64,000 nt of DNA from the human T2T-CHM13v2.0 reference genome, Homo sapiens. The position numbers and the translations under genes are program-made. The notes under the pieces are model-generated. The model saw only the letters and a list, made by a program, of their open reading frames with translations, was not told the DNA's origin and ran no database searches. Where the stretch lies: NCBI RefSeq assembly GCF_009914755.1, contig NC_060931.1; one strand, written 5' to 3'. Positions 60,266-64,000 of this stretch are shown here, one piece after another (position 1 is the stretch's first letter; every line of letters begins with the position of its first letter).

Positions 60266-60499
60266 ATTTTTGTTCATTAAAATGTGACAAAAATGAAAAT
60301 CACTCTTGACATCACTTTCAAACACTTTAATGAAGGAGCTTGAATGAAGAAATAGGAATCGATGGAGTTATCTTTAAAAGTAATTTTATTTTTGATTTTT
60401 TTAAATTGTTGAGAATAGCAGCTCTTGATACCCCAAAACTGCCTGGTACCATTAGTAGATTATGGTGTGCATGGCACTGCATTTTCCTATTACACATAC

Positions 60500-60980
60500 A
60501 AATTTCACAGAACATCAAAACGAGACAAGGCCATTTATGAACATTATTGTTCAGGACAAAACAAGATGAGTCTGTAATCAAGTCTAACATAAATAAAACA
60601 TTAACATTGTCCACACAAACAAAAAATGACAAATACCCCCTCTGCTAGCTGACATAAGTGAAGGTGGCTTCTTTAGCAATTATTACTTTAGCTTTGGCCG
60701 AGTCTTCTTCCTTCTAGATAAAATGTATTCAGAAACCCAATCATAGGACAACCCCTCCTCCTTGACAGCATCCAATCCAGAGCATAGTCCTGCTTTCTGA
60801 AAACCTACTCAAAAATCACCTAACAGCCTAAATGCTGTAATAACTCTTTTCTAGCTCTTTCTTAGTAAAGTGTGCCAAAGTTCTCCATGGTGTGTGTCAC
60901 TTCTCACTGCAAAGAGTAATAAGCACAGCTTGTTCAAAAACACATGCATTCCTGGTGGTTTTCACTGGTCAGCACTGACA
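60500..60980 (+). mobile_element. Old ERV1 LTR relic (MER31/MER67 group)
   Basis: cagcatccaatccagagc, ctcactgcaaagagtaataag, ending cctggtggt...cactgaca. Confidence 0.5.
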
Positions 60981-61611
60981 TCATAATTTGTAGATTTAAA
61001 CTCATTTCTGAGTATTGCCTTCTATCCATTACTTTCGTGGCAAGTCAACCATATTTCCATTTGTCACTTAATGTTTTAAACACTGGACTATGAAGTAATT
61101 TAAAATGTAATAACAGATACAAAGTTAATGAATTTTTATATGACACATTTTTCTCCCCAAACTTGGCAGTAAAATGTTACTTCTATGATACTGTGCCATG
61201 AGATTTTAAGAAGGTTATTATTGGGAAAATAATTGTAGACAAGTTGCAAATAAGAGAGATATAAAGGCAGAATGGGAGACTGAAAAGCAAATGAGAGAAA
61301 GGATTACTGGACAATCAAGGAAAGAATGACATGAAGGAGACAGAACCTGCTAGTTCAGTCTGCTAGATGGCACATATGTTTTTGTGTCTACTTCTCACTG
61401 AAATCCTTTAAAATCTCAGGAAGGGATTAAAAAGGGCAAGCACACAACTTCAAAGAGAAGACAAAGGGACCATCATCTGGCGAAAGATTTTAACATATTT
61501 TTTTAACTTAGAAAGTAGAGCCAGCAGGTTGCTGATGCTTAGAAATAAGTGGTGGGGCTGAATATGCAGGTAAAAGGAGTCTGCAGAAGAAAGCCCCCCT
61601 ACCACAACCAC

Positions 61612-61892
61612 AACCCCTTCCACCATTCTCTCTCCCACCAAATACCAACTATGACCCCCTCCACCATTCTCTCTCCCGCCAAACACCAACTATGACCTCC
61701 TCCACCATTCTCTCTCCCACCAAACACCAACTATGACCCCCTCCACCATTATCTCTCCCACTAAACACCAACTATGGCCTTCTCCACCGTTCTCTCTCCC
61801 ACCAAACACCAACTATGGGCCCCTCCACCATTCTCTCTCCCACCAAACACTAACCATAACCCTCTCCATTATTTTCCCCCTCACCAAACACC
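61612..61892. repeat. 41-bp minisatellite, about 7 units
   Basis: Unit caccattctctctcccaccaaacaccaactatgaccccctc starts at 61621, 61662, 61703, 61744, 61785 and 61826, with a degenerate last unit. Confidence 0.95.
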
Positions 61893-63221
61893 AGCTGTTT
61901 ATTCAGCTAGAGAAAAGGAAAAGCAGAGAGAGAAGGATAAAACCAAGTAGCCATCTCTGAAATGACCAAGGAAAACCTTGATAAATACCTATGCCATCGG
62001 CATCCCAGAGTAAATGCTTCTTCCTCCTGGTGGTGGTGACCTGGCTTAGAAATGCTCAGCTCACGATTGCTTGGATGGGTTGAGAAATAGTTCACAAAAC
62101 TGTGCATCCTCTACTTAATTTGTTATTTAGAGGCTACTGGAGAATTATTTTTGACTCTCTGCTCTTTGCTTCATTCCCTGATTTTAGAACCTAGCCTTCA
62201 GTATGATATGACACAGCTGTATTTTCTCCATAAAACAGTAACTAGATACTAAGGAAAGCAAGCATGCAGAGCTCAGGAAAGAATGCCTTCATATTAAAAA
62301 TACGATGGCTGAAGTACAAATGCATTAATGCCTCTGGTGATAATTAATTACAAGTCATAATGGAAAAGAAATGTTAATAAAATAAATACACACAAATATT
62401 ATTTAGAAATACATATAATGAGAGATGTATACTACTTGTAGAAGAAAAAGCAAGCTTCATTTAGTTATTTAGAAGAGAATTTTAATAAAGATACATTTAG
62501 TGAAAGTGTTAAATAAAAATATAATGGCAATGAAAACAAGCCTATAGATACACATATATGCATATATATGTGAAATATGCATATGTGTTTGTACAAACCC
62601 TAACAGGCTCTATTTTGTAATCAATCGAGTAAATGTGAATCCATTAGGAAAAAAAAAGAATAAGATGAGTATATATGTGTGTATACATATACAAAGTCAT
62701 AAAGTGCTATCGGCCCACCAAAATTTTAAAGTGCTTTGTAAATTAATAATTTAGTCAGTGTGACATAGCTGAATAAGAATAATAAGGCATATAGATCAAT
62801 GGAATAGAACACTAATAGCAGAAATATTATATTTTGCTTCTCTAGGTTTATGATGTGACAAAGTAGGTATTATAAAGGAAAGTGAAAAAATGTTTATTTT
62901 ACTAGGGGAAAATGGGTTGCAATTAGGTTCAAGAGAATAGGTTCTTTAATGTGTGAAAGGATGGGCATTCCTATGTTTTAAAGCAATGGAAAATACAAAC
63001 AAATATTAAAACATGCCACAAAGGCAAAAATAAATCATCTGTACATTTCCAAATAATAGAACTAAAATTAAAAATGAATCACTGAATATCAAAGCATTTA
63101 TATCAAAGGAAAAGATTAGAGTGATTTAATTATCCTACTCTAAAGACTAATACAGCTTAATAAGATAGAGTGTACAAAGTAAAGTAGCAAGGGACAAAGA
63201 ATATAAACAATTCCCACTCCA

Positions 63222-63545
63222 GGCCTGGCGTAGTGGCTCATGCCTGTAATCCCAGCACTTTGGGAGGCCGAGGCAGGTGGATCACGAAGTCAGGAGTTCA
63301 AGACCAGCCTGGCCAACATGGTGAAGCCCTATCTCTACTAAAAATACAAAAATTAGCTGGACATGGTGGCACGTGCCTGTAATCCCAGCTACTCGGGAGG
63401 CTGAGGCAGGAGAATTGCTTGAACCAGGACCCAGGAGGTGGAGGTAGTAGTGAGCAAGATCGCACCACTGGACTCCAGCTTGGGCTACAGAGTGAGACTC
63501 TATCTCAAAAAAAAAAAAAAAAGAAAGAAAAAAAAAAGAAGAAAG
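63222..63545 (+). mobile_element. AluS with a 7-bp internal duplication
   Basis: Alu dimer with gaaccaggacccaggagg; TSD AATTCCCACTCCA on both sides. Confidence 0.94.
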
Positions 63546-63599
63546 AATTCCCACTCCAGAGAAGACAGCAGCAGCTACATTTTGTACAGCTCTTGGCTA

Positions 63600-63920
63600 C
63601 TTATACTTCATTGTATCCCTACAGTACACTTCCCGTTTCTGAATTTTGGTTTTCTCATCTGCAAAACAAATAATAGTGGGACAATACGATAGCAGCAGAC
63701 TGTGAAATATAAAGGTATGGAAAGGTCTGAGTGGCATAGAATAAATGTTAGCTAGTATTAGTATCATTATCATCATCATCATCATCTCAATGTTGAATCT
63801 TCACAATGATTCCATGAGAAATGCATCATTCTCCCTATTTTGTAGAACAGAAAAATTAGACTGAAGAATGTGAAACTACACATCAAGAAATAGCAAGAAA
63901 CAAGACTCTACACCCAAGTT
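63600..63920. mobile_element. Two tail-to-tail MIR relics around an (ATC)n tract
   Basis: ggttttctcatctgcaaaac (+) and cttcacaatgattccatgag...attctccctattttgtaga (-). Confidence 0.55.
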
Positions 63921-64000
63921 CCCTTTGATAAAGTAAGACTGCCTCAAACCCTCAAGTAATAAATTGAGGAAAGTTAAAATAATGAGTAATTTTTATATCT

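Noticed and set aside
61360-61373. CTCF-like motif CTGCTAGATGGCAC
   Set aside because: It mismatches the 5' core and cannot be supported without a PWM score or ChIP data.
61612-61892. Regular repeat as a CRISPR array
   Set aside because: Head-to-tail tandem units with no unique spacers, no cas genes, and a primate context.

Overview
This is primate genomic DNA, almost certainly human, because it carries two AluYa5 elements with diagnostic bases. I find no supportable host protein-coding gene, tRNA, rRNA or CRISPR array; the long ORFs are L1 fragments or chance ORFs in repeats. The window is a transposable-element mosaic. It holds an ancient ERVL internal region (1-3.2 kb), a solo LTR7-family LTR, and a 3'-truncated HERV-H provirus (5' LTR, tRNA-His PBS and splice donor intact) fused to an old antisense L1. 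It also holds a full-length but inactivated L1PA2-like element with TSDs, a solo LTR12C nested in an MLT1 LTR, other MaLR/ERV1 LTRs, ten Alus, L2/MIR/MER relics and minisatellites. I cannot support a wholly new biological system. The most notable unexplained structures are: (i) three separate short, locally templated duplications (two direct, one inverted two-template chain joined by microhomology); (ii) a HERV-H promoter left without its 3' LTR, a candidate driver of a read-through chimeric lncRNA; (iii) an A-B-A-B higher-order 64-bp repeat recording CpG decay followed by duplication; (iv) a TCF/homeodomain motif cluster in unique sequence. Repeat subfamily names come from recalled consensus sequences, not a database search, and boundaries of old repeats are approximate.
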